Of a stretch of DNA of 64,000 nucleotides, positions 17,862 to 27,059 are shown one piece after another. The notes under the pieces were generated by a model, which saw only the letters and a program-made list of their open reading frames with translations, did not search any database and was not told the origin of the DNA. Numbering within the stretch: position 1 is the first letter of the stretch; each line of letters begins with the position of its first letter. This DNA comes from an uncultured Rhodospirillaceae bacterium (lineage in GTDB: Bacteria; Pseudomonadota; Alphaproteobacteria; Rhodospirillales; Rhodospirillaceae). Location of the stretch: contig CAXBLG010000008.1 in the NCBI GenBank assembly GCA_963976395.1, forward strand, positions 12,018 through 76,017, written 5' to 3'. A program made the position numbers and the translations under genes.

Positions 17862-18797
17862 TTAGAAAGCGACCTGGTCGCCCCCTTTAAGATCCAACAT
17901 CTCGCGCGCGTCTTGCGGCGTTGCGATTTCCAGCGAAAGATCTTCCAGAATCCGACGAATCTTAGTGACCTGCTCGGCATTCGATTTTGCGAGGACACCT
18001 TTGCCAAGATAGAGGCTGTCTTCTAGTCCGACGCGGACGTTTCCGCCGAACAGCGCGCTTTGAGTCACAAACGGAATTTGGTGGCGACCGGCAGCCAAAA
18101 CGGACAAGTAATAATCTTCGCCGAACAGTTTGTCGGCGATGAGCCGCATATGCGCGAGATTCTCCAGATCGGGGCCAAGACCGCCCAAAATGCCGAAAAT
18201 GCACTGAATAAGGAATGGCGGCTTTACGAGTCCGCGATCAACGAAGTGCGCCAGATTGTAGAGGTGCCCGACATCATAGCATTCGAATTCGAATTTGGTT
18301 CCACAGCCCTGGCCGAGGTCCATCATGATTCGCTCGATCTGCGCGAAGGTGTTGCTGAGGATAAAGTCCTTGGTGCTTTCGAGATATTTTTTTTCCCAGG
18401 GAAACTTGAAATTCTCAAATTTGTCCACGGCCCCCGAAATATTGAAGTTCAGCGACCCCATGTTGAGGGATGCGACTTCCGGTTTTGTCGTCACCGCCGC
18501 TTCCAGGCGTTGTTCCATGGACATGCCAAGGCCGGCGCCGGTGGAAATGTTCAGCACTGCATCGGTGTTCTGCTTAATGCGCGGCAAGAACTCCATGAAG
18601 AGTTTGGCGCTCGGTGTCGGCTGTCCGGTTTCCGGGTCGCGGGCATGAAGGTGAATGATGGAGGCGCCGGCCTCGGCCGCGCCAATGGACTGCTCGGCAA
18701 TTTCGTTCGGGGTGATGGGCAGGTGAGGGGACATGGTGGGGGTGTGAATGGACCCCGTGACCGCGCAGGTGATGATAACTTTTTTGGCTTTTCGCAT
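17862..18797 (-). CDS. Beta-keto acid cleavage enzyme (BKACE / 3-keto-5-aminohexanoate cleavage enzyme family, DUF849)
   Basis: 311 aa. VIITCAVTGS, IIHLHARD (Zn His pair) and GGNVRVGLED are characteristic. Confidence 0.85.
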   Translation of the reverse strand: MRKAKKVIITCAVTGSIHTPTMSPHLPITPNEIAEQSIGAAEAGASIIHLHARDPETGQPTPSAKLFMEFLPRIKQNTDAVLNISTGAGLGMSMEQRLEAAVTTKPEVASLNMGSLNFNISGAVDKFENFKFPWEKKYLESTKDFILSNTFAQIERIMMDLGQGCGTKFEFECYDVGHLYNLAHFVDRGLVKPPFLIQCIFGILGGLGPDLENLAHMRLIADKLFGEDYYLSVLAAGRHQIPFVTQSALFGGNVRVGLEDSLYLGKGVLAKSNAEQVTKIRRILEDLSLEIATPQDAREMLDLKGGDQVAF

Positions 18798-19072
18798 TTT
18801 GGTGCCCCTCCCTGATCTCAGAGTCCGCTGTGGGTTTCGCCAATCAGCTCTGAGTAAAAATATATATTTATATCAAATGGTTATGTGAAAATCAGCGGGT
18901 CTCTTTGAATGATGTGGCCCATGGCTGCCCATTAGGTAGCCCCGGCTCCTGGCCGAGTCGACTAAATTTTGCCCTGGGCTGAACGAGTTACTTTTGAGTT
19001 ACACACTATTGAATATCTGATCTGAAAATGCGGCCAAAAACCAGAGTGTGGAAGTAAGCCCGGGCGGCAGGT

Positions 19073-19675
19073 ATGACTACCGCCGACGATCACTCAAAAG
19101 ACTGGATCACTATGCGCGGTTATTTCGGTATTGGCGTCGAGGGTATCAACAAGCCCTTTAACGTCGGCAATTTATTTCGGTCGGCCCATGCGTTCGGCGC
19201 AAGCTTTGTTTTTACCATCGCCGCGACCTACCGCCGGGCGGAAGGCGGCCAGACGGACACGTCCGATGCATTAGCCAATATGCCGTTTTACGATGTGCCG
19301 TCGCTTACGAGCCTTGCCTTGCCCAAAGGGTGCAGCCTTGTGGGGGTGGAACTTCAGGATGATGCCGTCGAACTGCCGAGTTTCAACCATCCGCGTTGTG
19401 CCGCCTATGTTCTGGGACCGGAAAAAGCATCTTTGTCTCCCGAATTGACCGCCCGCTGTGATCATATTATCCGCATCCCCACTAGGTTTTGTCTCAATGT
19501 CGGCATTGCCGGAGTGGTGGTGATGTACGACCGCTTAGTGTCTACGCGTCGTTTTCCGCCGCGTCCGGTCATGCCGGGCGGCCCCGATGCTGCAGCTCTG
19601 GAACGGTTCCGCGCACCGCCGCCCATGGCTGAAGTCGCACTGGCTGAACGCGACGGCAAGTTCGATGAAACTTAG
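19073..19675 (+). CDS. TrmH/SpoU family RNA 2'-O-methyltransferase
   Basis: YFGIGVEGINKPFNVGNLFRSAHAFGA, AYVLGPEKASL and IRIPTRFCLNVGIAGVVVMYDR (SPOUT knot motifs). The start may be ATG 19112. Confidence 0.75.
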   Translation: MTTADDHSKDWITMRGYFGIGVEGINKPFNVGNLFRSAHAFGASFVFTIAATYRRAEGGQTDTSDALANMPFYDVPSLTSLALPKGCSLVGVELQDDAVELPSFNHPRCAAYVLGPEKASLSPELTARCDHIIRIPTRFCLNVGIAGVVVMYDRLVSTRRFPPRPVMPGGPDAAALERFRAPPPMAEVALAERDGKFDET

Positions 19676-19767
19676 TTTTGTGGGGCTTGCGTCCAGACTC
19701 CGGCTCTCACACAATCGCCAAAATGTGGATATACGATTGCTCCATGCATAAAAGGATTTGTCGCATC

Positions 19768-20289
19768 ATGAGTTATAGAAATTACACCGTCCTTATGTGT
19801 GTGCTGGCGGTAGTAGTTTGTGGAGCACCTGCCTATAGCCAGGACGTCACGGCCCTCGGGCGCCACGGGGCGTGGATTGCCTATACGTACCAGGAAAATG
19901 GCCAACCGGTTTGCTATATGACCAGTGCGCCTACCAAGTCAGAGGGCGACTACACACGGCGCGGTGATGTGCAGATGCTTGTGACTCATCGCCCTGCCCG
20001 AAAGGCATTTGACGTTATTAGCGTCGTCGCCGGATATGAATACAAACGTGACGCGGATGTTACGTTTTCCGTTGGCAGCACCCGGTTTCAACTATTTACA
20101 AACGGCGACCGGGCGTGGACGCGAGACGGAAAAACGGACGTGACTCTGACTCAGGCCATGATCAAGGGCAGCACTGCGACGGTCTCGGGAACATCAAGCC
20201 GCGGCACGGTCACAACAGATACGTTTTCTCTTTCTGGATTTACGGCGGCGCATGAGGCCATCAGCGCAGCGTGCAATAGACCCGGTTAA
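19768..20289 (+). CDS. Invasion-associated locus B (IalB)-like periplasmic protein
   Basis: Signal peptide MSYRNYTVLMCVLAVVVCGAPAYS. GAWIAYTY...PVCYMTS and later beta-rich segments resemble IalB-family proteins. The start is ambiguous (19744 or 19768; track 19678). Confidence 0.55.
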   Translation: MSYRNYTVLMCVLAVVVCGAPAYSQDVTALGRHGAWIAYTYQENGQPVCYMTSAPTKSEGDYTRRGDVQMLVTHRPARKAFDVISVVAGYEYKRDADVTFSVGSTRFQLFTNGDRAWTRDGKTDVTLTQAMIKGSTATVSGTSSRGTVTTDTFSLSGFTAAHEAISAACNRPG

Positions 20290-21090
20290 TTAAAGCCTTG
20301 CTGCCAACATCTGCGTAATAAGTCCGGGCTCTCCGTCACCAACGGCATGGCCGTTTATGGAAACGACGGGTCTCAGGCCAAGCGCGTTGGTCAAAAAGAC
20401 TTCGCTGGCGCGTGCCAGCACGTCGGGGGTAACGGTTCTCTCTTCGGCGCGTGCGAGCCGGATTACTTCAGCGCGCATAATCCCCGGTAACGCCCCGTCC
20501 TTAACCGGAGGCGTAATCAATCCGCCGTCCACCAGAAGGAACACATTGGCAATTGTTCCTTCAGCCAGATGACCTACAGTATTTGAAAGCAATGCGTCAT
20601 CAGCCCCGGCCGCTTGTGCTTCTTCATGGGCAAGGAGGCTGTCCAAGACGTTGGTAGATTTGATTGCCGCCAACGGCGAGTGTTCATTTCGGCATGTTCG
20701 CGTGGCCAAAATAACATTTACAGCCTCTGTTGATGGCACGCCTGCCGCGACGGTCAACAGAAGAGTCGGGATCGGCGCTACCGGCGGCGCAAGGCCGCGC
20801 TCGCTCGGCCCGCGAGTGAGGGTCAGACGACAAGATCCCTCCGTTACATTGTTTGCCGTGACGATGCTTTCGAGCATCCTTTCTATTTGTGCATCCGAAT
20901 AGAGAATGGGGATGGAGAGCACGTCCGCGCCACGGCGCAATCGTGCCAGATGACTGCCAAGTCTGCGTGGTTTGCCACTGCGGATGGATATGGTTTCGTA
21001 AAGCCCGTCACCCAGGGTGAAGCCCCGGTCGCGCGGATCAATACGCGCTGACTCTTGGTCAAGTAATTGGCCGTTAATACAAACCTTCAT
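20290..21090 (-). CDS. pabC: Class IV aminotransferase-fold aminodeoxychorismate lyase
   Basis: 266 aa, LAEGTIANVFLL and GIMR motifs. Start overlaps the pabB stop (ATGA). Confidence 0.75.
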   Translation of the reverse strand: MKVCINGQLLDQESARIDPRDRGFTLGDGLYETISIRSGKPRRLGSHLARLRRGADVLSIPILYSDAQIERMLESIVTANNVTEGSCRLTLTRGPSERGLAPPVAPIPTLLLTVAAGVPSTEAVNVILATRTCRNEHSPLAAIKSTNVLDSLLAHEEAQAAGADDALLSNTVGHLAEGTIANVFLLVDGGLITPPVKDGALPGIMRAEVIRLARAEERTVTPDVLARASEVFLTNALGLRPVVSINGHAVGDGEPGLITQMLAARL

Positions 21091-22493
21091 GGTGACCCGG
21101 CGCCTTCAAGCACGGCAAGTAGCGGGCGAGCCTTTAGAAGGCTTTCTTTGTATTCGATCCCCGGATTTGAATCCGCCACTATGCCTCCTCCGGCCTGGGC
21201 AACGGCTGTTTGCCCATTCACTACAATAGTGCGAATCACGATAGACGAGTCCATAGTTCCGTCAAAGCCAAGCCAGGCAATTGTGCCGCAATAGGGCCCG
21301 CGCGCAGATACCTCTAGAGAGTGAATAATCTCCATGGCCTTGATTTTTGGGGCCCCGGTAATTGACCCCCCAGGAAAAGTCGCCCGCAGAAGGTCGATGG
21401 CGGTTTTGTCTGGCTGTAAAGTGCCGCTAATGACGGACACAAGGTGATGCACGGCGGGGAAGGTCTCAAGACCGCATAAAACCGGAACCGATATAGACCC
21501 AGGCTTGCAGACGCGGGACAGATCATTGCGGAGCAGATCAACGATCATAAGGTTCTCAGCCCGGTCTTTAGGGCTGGCCTGGAGTTCTACGGCTAGGGCA
21601 AGGTCTTGCTCGGGTGTTTGCCCGCGTGCCCTTGTGCCTTTGATGGGACGAGATTCAACGGTTCGGGCGGGATCAATTTGCAAGAACCGCTCTGGTGAGG
21701 CTGAAAGAATATTCATGCCGTGACCGGCGTTGATAAACGCGGCAAACGGTGCAGACGACTTTGAGCGCAGGCGGCGGTAAATCTCGAACGGGCATACACC
21801 TTTTGGAAGGTCCGCTAGAAATCGTTGCGAGACATTTGCCTGATAAATATCGCCAGCATACGTCGCTTCGATCGCTGACGTCACACATGACTCATAGGTA
21901 CTCTGGTCAATTTCAGGCCGCCAGCGCATTGGCAAGGTTTGGCGGAGCGGGGGTGGTGAATCGGTGCCCAACATTTTTAACATCTGCTGTGCCCGAAAAT
22001 CGGCGCGGGTCCGTTGCGCGATTGGTGATGTTTCGGGAAAGCCATTGGAGATCACCCATGCTTTACGCTCTTTCATGTCGAAAGCAGCGATAACATCATA
22101 GAGCCCTATAGCCATATCCCCGGGAAACGGTGACGACTTAGGTCGCGGCAATTTTTCAAGAACGCCGCCGAGCTCGTAACTTAAAAACCCTACCGCGCCG
22201 CCTATAAAAGGCACCGGCGCATCGTGCTGCCTTTCCATTGGAAACCGGGCCAGTTCTTGAGCAACTGTCGTGAAGGGGTCTTTGTGCGAGGGCAGTCCAT
22301 CTACCGTGACGACCCAAGGATAGGGTGTGCTCCGAATCACGCGAAAAGGGTCCGCAGCGATATATGAATAGCGCCCGCATTCACCCTGTAGCGCACTATC
22401 CAAAAGGATCGCCAAATCCTGTTCAGCCAAAGGCGCGAAGGCAGCGATCGGGTCACGAAAGGGGATGGACTTAATGAGAGGTAGAGCGGTCAA
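21087..22493 (-). CDS. pabB: Aminodeoxychorismate synthase component I
   Basis: 468 aa chorismate-binding enzyme: FPGGSITGAPK, RGPYCG. No glutamine amidotransferase domain. Coupled to a class IV lyase gene. Confidence 0.8.
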   Translation of the reverse strand: MTALPLIKSIPFRDPIAAFAPLAEQDLAILLDSALQGECGRYSYIAADPFRVIRSTPYPWVVTVDGLPSHKDPFTTVAQELARFPMERQHDAPVPFIGGAVGFLSYELGGVLEKLPRPKSSPFPGDMAIGLYDVIAAFDMKERKAWVISNGFPETSPIAQRTRADFRAQQMLKMLGTDSPPPLRQTLPMRWRPEIDQSTYESCVTSAIEATYAGDIYQANVSQRFLADLPKGVCPFEIYRRLRSKSSAPFAAFINAGHGMNILSASPERFLQIDPARTVESRPIKGTRARGQTPEQDLALAVELQASPKDRAENLMIVDLLRNDLSRVCKPGSISVPVLCGLETFPAVHHLVSVISGTLQPDKTAIDLLRATFPGGSITGAPKIKAMEIIHSLEVSARGPYCGTIAWLGFDGTMDSSIVIRTIVVNGQTAVAQAGGGIVADSNPGIEYKESLLKARPLLAVLEGAGSP

Positions 22494-22507
22494 GGCAATG
22501 GCCGCCC

Positions 22508-23494
22508 TTATCCTTGCAGCGGCAACACTCGATCAGGTGGCTGGTGCCCGTCGCAGAACGCTCTGATGTTTATAATGACTTTCTCGCCCATGCTGATGCG
22601 GCCTTCAATGGTGGCCGAGCCCATGTGCGGCAAAAGGACGACGTTATTCAGAGCCATAATTTCTGAATTCACCGCAGGTTCATGCTCGAAAACATCTAAT
22701 CCGGCTCCGGCGAGTTTGCCGTCCTTCAACAAGGTTATCAGTGCATCCTCATCGACGATTTCACCACGCGCCAGGTTCATCAAATAGGCGGTTGGCTTCA
22801 TCAATTTTAGGCGCCGCTCCGATAACAAATGGAAGGTTGCGGGCGTATGCGGACAGTGGACTGAGATGATGTCCATGCGAGCTAACATCTGGTCGAGGCT
22901 TTCCCAGTAAGTGGCCTCGACTTCGGCCTCTAGCTCAGGGTGCAGGCGTCGGCGGTTGTGATAGTGAATCGCCATGCCAAAGCCGCGGGCCCGGCGCGCT
23001 ACGGCCGTTCCGATACGGCCCATGCCGATTATCCCTAAACGCTTTCCATGAAGGCGGTGTCCCAACATATGGGTCGGGCTCCACCCTTTAAATTGTCCGT
23101 CGCGGATCATCTGCGCGCCTTCGATGAGTCGGCGCGGCACGGCGACCATCAGCGCCATTGTCATATCGGCGGTATCTTCCGTCAGCACATCGGGCGTGTT
23201 TGTAACCGTGATGCCGCGCGCCTGAGCCGCCGCTAGGTCGATATGATCCACGCCGTTGCCGAAATTGGCGATCAGCTTGAGGCGCTTTCCAGCGCTCTCC
23301 AAGACATCCTTGTCGATTAAGTCTGTTAGATTGGGCACCAGGACATCGCAGTCCGCGACCGTCTTTGCCAGTTCTTCCCGGTTAAAGGGATGGTCGTCCA
23401 CGTTCATATGAACGTCGAATAATTCCATCATCCGCGTTTCAACAACGTCGGGTAACTTACGAGTAACAACTACTTTCGGCTTAGTTCGCGCCAT
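22508..23494 (-). CDS. D-isomer-specific 2-hydroxyacid dehydrogenase (glyoxylate/hydroxypyruvate reductase-like)
   Basis: NAD site LGIIGMGRIGTAVARR. Catalytic R/E/H context NLARGEIVDEDAL ... PHMGSAT. Confidence 0.85.
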   Translation of the reverse strand: MARTKPKVVVTRKLPDVVETRMMELFDVHMNVDDHPFNREELAKTVADCDVLVPNLTDLIDKDVLESAGKRLKLIANFGNGVDHIDLAAAQARGITVTNTPDVLTEDTADMTMALMVAVPRRLIEGAQMIRDGQFKGWSPTHMLGHRLHGKRLGIIGMGRIGTAVARRARGFGMAIHYHNRRRLHPELEAEVEATYWESLDQMLARMDIISVHCPHTPATFHLLSERRLKLMKPTAYLMNLARGEIVDEDALITLLKDGKLAGAGLDVFEHEPAVNSEIMALNNVVLLPHMGSATIEGRISMGEKVIINIRAFCDGHQPPDRVLPLQG

Positions 23495-23720
23495 TCTTTC
23501 CGCGCCTGACTACTTTTGTTCGTTTATTAGGCCGCGCATCGGTGGATGGTGACGGTGTTCCCAAACCCAGTATCGCTCCCGCGCTAGGCGTAGCAGCCGT
23601 TCCGCACAATGTCCAGGCGGCGCGCGGGTCTCCCGCCCTACTAGCCGAATTGGGTCCGAAGTTGCTATTGGATATGATCCAGGGCACAAACAATTTTACA
23701 CACAATCCAAGGCCAGATGG

Positions 23721-24296
23721 ATGCAAGTATCGTTAAAATCAACCTGCGTATGGATGTCTACGGCGATTTGGGTGATAGGGGTTTGTGCCCTTTTGCAGAG
23801 CCCGGCCCAGGGGTCCGAAGAGCCGGTCCTTGATGAAACTCAGGTCGAGACGGCAGCGGATGATTCGGCGCCGCGCAGCACCAATCTGCCGCTTCCCCGG
23901 TTTGTATCCTTGCGGACGGACCCCATCAATATGCGGACAGGGCCCGGCGTGCGCTACCCGGTGGACTGGGTTTATGTGCGCAGGGGGCTTCCGGTGGAAG
24001 TGGTTGCGGAATTTGACACCTGGCGGCGTATCAATGATCCGGATGGTGCTGATGGCTGGATTCACACCAGCATGCTGTCGGCCCGGCGCACCGCCGTTGT
24101 GAGCGGCGGCCTGCGCCCGCTCCGGCGCACCAGCGAAGATGAGGGCGATCTTTTGGCGCGTGTTGAACCCGGGGTTGTCGTGAATGTTCAAAGGTGCCCG
24201 ACCGGTAGCTATTGCCGGGTTGAAGTGTCTGGCGTGCAGGGCTGGATTCGCCGCGATCATCTCTGGGGCGTCTATTCAGATGAAGTGATCGAATAA
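23721..24296 (+). CDS. Secreted bacterial SH3-domain protein (COG3807-like)
   Basis: Signal-like N-terminus. LPRFVSLRTDPINMRTGPGVRYPVDWVY...GWIHTSML is followed by a second SH3-like segment. Confidence 0.75.
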   Translation: MQVSLKSTCVWMSTAIWVIGVCALLQSPAQGSEEPVLDETQVETAADDSAPRSTNLPLPRFVSLRTDPINMRTGPGVRYPVDWVYVRRGLPVEVVAEFDTWRRINDPDGADGWIHTSMLSARRTAVVSGGLRPLRRTSEDEGDLLARVEPGVVVNVQRCPTGSYCRVEVSGVQGWIRRDHLWGVYSDEVIE

Positions 24297-24321
24297 CGCT
24301 GCCGTATGTAAATCTGGCGTA

Positions 24322-24933
24322 TTAAGCGAAATCTTCGGCTAGAGCGGCTTGCGCGTCTTTCTGCAATACAGCCATATGTCCGTAATTGGGATGATTGATC
24401 CCGACGGTAATCTCGGTGCCCGGTTCGCGAAAAGCAGTGAGTTGTTCGGGTGTAAAGGGAAAATGGAGAAAATGAACCGACGAAGTTTTCCCTTCTGCGG
24501 TGGTGCGCTCCAAGTCATCTTCCGGTACACCCTTTACCGTATGACCTGAGAACTTTATCGCAACCATATCTTCGATATGTCCCAGGGTACTTAAAGTTCT
24601 GCGCCGGACATCCTCGTCCTCAATTTCGATCATCATAGTCGCAACCAGTTCCGCGCCTTGCGGAATGAGGGGATTATAGGCGCTGAGTTCGCCTTCAATC
24701 TGCTCTTCCCCTCCACGTTCGATATAAAGCATCTCTTGAACTTGCGCCCACATGGTCTCATAGCTCTCAAAGTACAGCGTGACATGAGGGCCAATATGAA
24801 CACGGCGTTTGCGTTTTTGTTCAACCAGCGTTGCGCGATGTTGTTTGCGAATCTTGCCGTATTCATCTAACGGCATAATATCGGCGCGCGTAATTTGGCG
24901 GCGCGGTGAATAAGTCTGTGATGTTTTCAACAT
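24322..24933 (-). CDS. DUF3501 family protein
   Basis: 203 aa. KRKRRVHIGPHVTLYFESYETMWAQVQEMLYIE ... AYNPLIPQG ... ATMMIEIED matches my recollection of DUF3501 sequences. It lies 26 nt downstream of the Fe-S protein gene. Confidence 0.7.
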   Translation of the reverse strand: MLKTSQTYSPRRQITRADIMPLDEYGKIRKQHRATLVEQKRKRRVHIGPHVTLYFESYETMWAQVQEMLYIERGGEEQIEGELSAYNPLIPQGAELVATMMIEIEDEDVRRRTLSTLGHIEDMVAIKFSGHTVKGVPEDDLERTTAEGKTSSVHFLHFPFTPEQLTAFREPGTEITVGINHPNYGHMAVLQKDAQAALAEDFA

Positions 24934-24959
24934 CGTGCCTCCCTAATTATTATAAATGA

Positions 24960-26300
24960 TCAAGCAAGGTCGTAAGCCTTGGCTAAAATCTGAATCGGAT
25001 GGAGGGCTTGCACAGTTTTTTGTGTCGGGCCATCCAGCTTTTCGAAACCCTGCGCCAAATGCTTTCCCGCGAGAGGGCACTCTGATGCCAGATAAAGTTT
25101 GTCGGCATCTGCGGCTTTTCGCACGGTTTGGCGCGCGAATTTTGTCGCAACCTCGAAGTTTTCTTTTTTAATGCCCCACGATCCGCCGTGACCGGAGCAT
25201 CGCTCGACCACCGTAACGTCGGTCTCGGGAATGAGGCGCAACATCTCCGCACCCTTCGGACCCATATTCTGGGCGCGGGCATGGCAGGCAAGGTGAAGGG
25301 CAATGCCGCCCGGCAGAGGCGTCAATCCGTCTGCGATGCCTTCCTGGTCGGCAATGTCGATAATGTACTCAGTAATGTCGTAGGTCGCGCGGGCGAGAGC
25401 CTGGACGTTCTCGTCCTCGGGCACAATCAGCGGCCATTCGAACTTCATCATCAAAGCGCAGCTCGGCACGACGGCGATGATATCTTTATTCTGGTCAATG
25501 TAAGGTTTCAGCTTAGCAGCAACGGTCCGAGCTTGTTCTGCAACTCTTGCCAAATCGCCCTGCTCTAGTTGAGGCATGCCGCAGCATCCGGGGTAGGAAA
25601 CCTCGGTCTCGACGCCGTTCTTCGCCAGAACACTCAACGCAGCCTCGCCGATTCCCGGATTGTTATAATTGGCGAAGCATGTTGCAAAAATCACCGCCTT
25701 GCGTCCAAAAGCTGGGGCCTCGCGGTTTATGGCCGGCGGCGAATGTTTGGCTCTTTCCGTGAATGGCGTGCCGTGGAATTTTGGTAGTTCCGCGTCGCGG
25801 TGCACGCCGGCTATTTTTTCTAAAACCGGGCGCGTCAATGCATTGCCGCGTTTAGTCCCCCAATTTGCAAGACCGGGTACGAGTCCTCCGAGCTTGCCGT
25901 TTCGGTCGGTTTCCGTGAGCTGCTTGTCAAAAAAGGGTGTGCCGTTTTGCGCGTGCTCGGCCGCGCGGTAGCGCAGCATCAGGTGAGGGAAATCAATATT
26001 GAATTCGTGAGGTGGAACATAGGGACATTTGGTGAGAAAGCACATGTCGCACAACGTGCAAGCATCAACCACGTGTTTAAAGTCAGCGCTTTTTACGCCT
26101 TCAAGCTCGTCGTCTTCGGCGGCATCGATGAGGTCAAATAGGCGGGGAAAGGAATCGCAGAGATTGAAACACCGTCGGCACCCATGACAGACGTCGAATT
26201 GACGGCGCATCTCGGCATCAAGCTTGTCGGCGTCAATATAATCGGGGTTCGTCCAATCGATAACGTGCCGCGTCGGCGCGTCTAGGCTGCCTTCTCTCAT
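24960..26300 (-). CDS. (Fe-S)-binding protein, heterodisulfide reductase D / GlpC-like (2x[4Fe-4S] + two CCG domains)
   Basis: Ferredoxin-type clusters CHGCRRCFNLC and CTLCDMCFLTKCP. CCG-type cysteines ATCFANY, PGCCGMP, VPSCALM, LACHARAQ, ERCSGHGG. Confidence 0.85.
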   Translation of the reverse strand: MREGSLDAPTRHVIDWTNPDYIDADKLDAEMRRQFDVCHGCRRCFNLCDSFPRLFDLIDAAEDDELEGVKSADFKHVVDACTLCDMCFLTKCPYVPPHEFNIDFPHLMLRYRAAEHAQNGTPFFDKQLTETDRNGKLGGLVPGLANWGTKRGNALTRPVLEKIAGVHRDAELPKFHGTPFTERAKHSPPAINREAPAFGRKAVIFATCFANYNNPGIGEAALSVLAKNGVETEVSYPGCCGMPQLEQGDLARVAEQARTVAAKLKPYIDQNKDIIAVVPSCALMMKFEWPLIVPEDENVQALARATYDITEYIIDIADQEGIADGLTPLPGGIALHLACHARAQNMGPKGAEMLRLIPETDVTVVERCSGHGGSWGIKKENFEVATKFARQTVRKAADADKLYLASECPLAGKHLAQGFEKLDGPTQKTVQALHPIQILAKAYDLA

Positions 26301-26365
26301 AACGTCACCGGTTCCATAGACTGATGAATTTGTCGCGCGTTCAAAAAGTGCGGGAGCGTGTGGTA

Positions 26366-26412
26366 GAAAAAACCGGTCGAACCCCTTTTATAGGTTGCTC
26401 GACCGGTTTTGA
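26366..26412 (-). terminator. Possible (partial) intrinsic terminator between rubrerythrin and the Fe-S protein gene
   Basis: Minus-strand RNA AACCGGUCGA...(18 nt, partly paired)...UCGACCGGUU followed by UUUUCU. 10-bp stem 26371-26380/26399-26408. Confidence 0.45.
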
Positions 26413-26446
26413 AATCCTCGTGCTTTAAGGCTACGCAGGTCGAGCG

Positions 26447-26866
26447 TTAGCTCAGACTGTCGAGAGCCTTTTGAAATCTTCCGGCGTGAGATTTTTCGGC
26501 TTTGGCCAATGTTTCAAACCAATCGGCGATTTCATCGAAGCCTTCTTCGCGGGCGGTTTTGGCCATGCCTGGGTACATGTCGGTGTATTCGTGGGTTTCA
26601 CCAGCGACAGCGGCCTTAAGGTTGGCGCTTGAATCACCGATAGGTTCGCCGGTCGCGGGATCTCCCGTTTCTTCGAGATATTCGAGGTGTCCGAAAGCAT
26701 GACCGGTTTCACCTTCCGCAGTTGAGCGGAAAAGGGCTGAAACTTCATTCTGGCCTTCTACATCCGCCTTTTGCGCGAAATAGAGATAGCGACGGTTTGC
26801 CTGGCTCTCGCCGGCGAAAGCAGCCTTCAAATTCTCTTCGGTCTTGGAACTTTTCAATTGTGCCAT
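26447..26866 (-). CDS. Rubrerythrin-family diiron protein (no rubredoxin domain)
   Basis: 139 aa four-helix-bundle pattern with E-x-x-H pairs: [10 protein letters not shown] and AEKSHAGRF, plus ESQANRRY and ETHEYTDMY. Confidence 0.9.
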   Translation of the reverse strand: MAQLKSSKTEENLKAAFAGESQANRRYLYFAQKADVEGQNEVSALFRSTAEGETGHAFGHLEYLEETGDPATGEPIGDSSANLKAAVAGETHEYTDMYPGMAKTAREEGFDEIADWFETLAKAEKSHAGRFQKALDSLS

Positions 26867-26948
26867 ATGCGCCTCCTTAAATTGTGCTTCTGTGGCTGCG
26901 GAAATTGGAAAGGATGCGGCAGCTAGCGCACCGCGTCCATCGTTCTAT

Positions 26949-26977
26949 GTTTTATGAAACGACACCTAGGGTGTCAA
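26949..26977 (-). promoter_or_regulatory. Putative sigma70-type promoter of the rubrerythrin operon
   Basis: Minus strand: TTGACA (26977-26972), 17 nt, TAAAAC (26954-26949). The spacer contains the palindrome GACACC-TAG-GGTGTC (26961-26975). About 85-110 nt upstream of the start codon. Confidence 0.3.
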
Positions 26978-26981
26978 GTAG

Positions 26982-27016
26982 TTTAGAATAGTTCTAAATT
27001 TTAGAATGGTTCGCAG
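26982..27016. promoter_or_regulatory. Irr-binding iron control element (ICE): one perfect and one adjacent half-conserved copy
   Basis: TTTAGAA-TAG-TTCTAAA at 26982-26998 matches the ICE consensus TTTAGAA-N3-TTCTAAA exactly. A second TTTAGAA-TGG-TTCgcag follows at 27000-27016. It sits between the irr stop (27060) and the rubrerythrin start (26866). Confidence 0.8.
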
Positions 27017-27059
27017 GGCGCGAAATTAGAGGCCCCCATCTTTGCTGTGATTATCGGTA

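Noticed and set aside
18060-18815. Long antisense shadow ORFs opposite well-supported genes. Examples: 18060..18815 (+) opposite BKACE, 27854..28609 (+) opposite the cold-shock gene, 10426..10923 (-) opposite UDG, 23739..24260 (-) opposite the SH3 gene, 48806..49546 (-) opposite dinB, 52933..53448 (-) opposite DUF1499, 62063..62698 (+) opposite rhlE, 40198..40719 (-) opposite ggt.
   Set aside because: The translations are Arg/Gly/Ala/Pro-rich with no recognisable motifs. This is typical of the complementary frame of GC-rich genes. In every case the opposite strand encodes a protein with clear family signatures.
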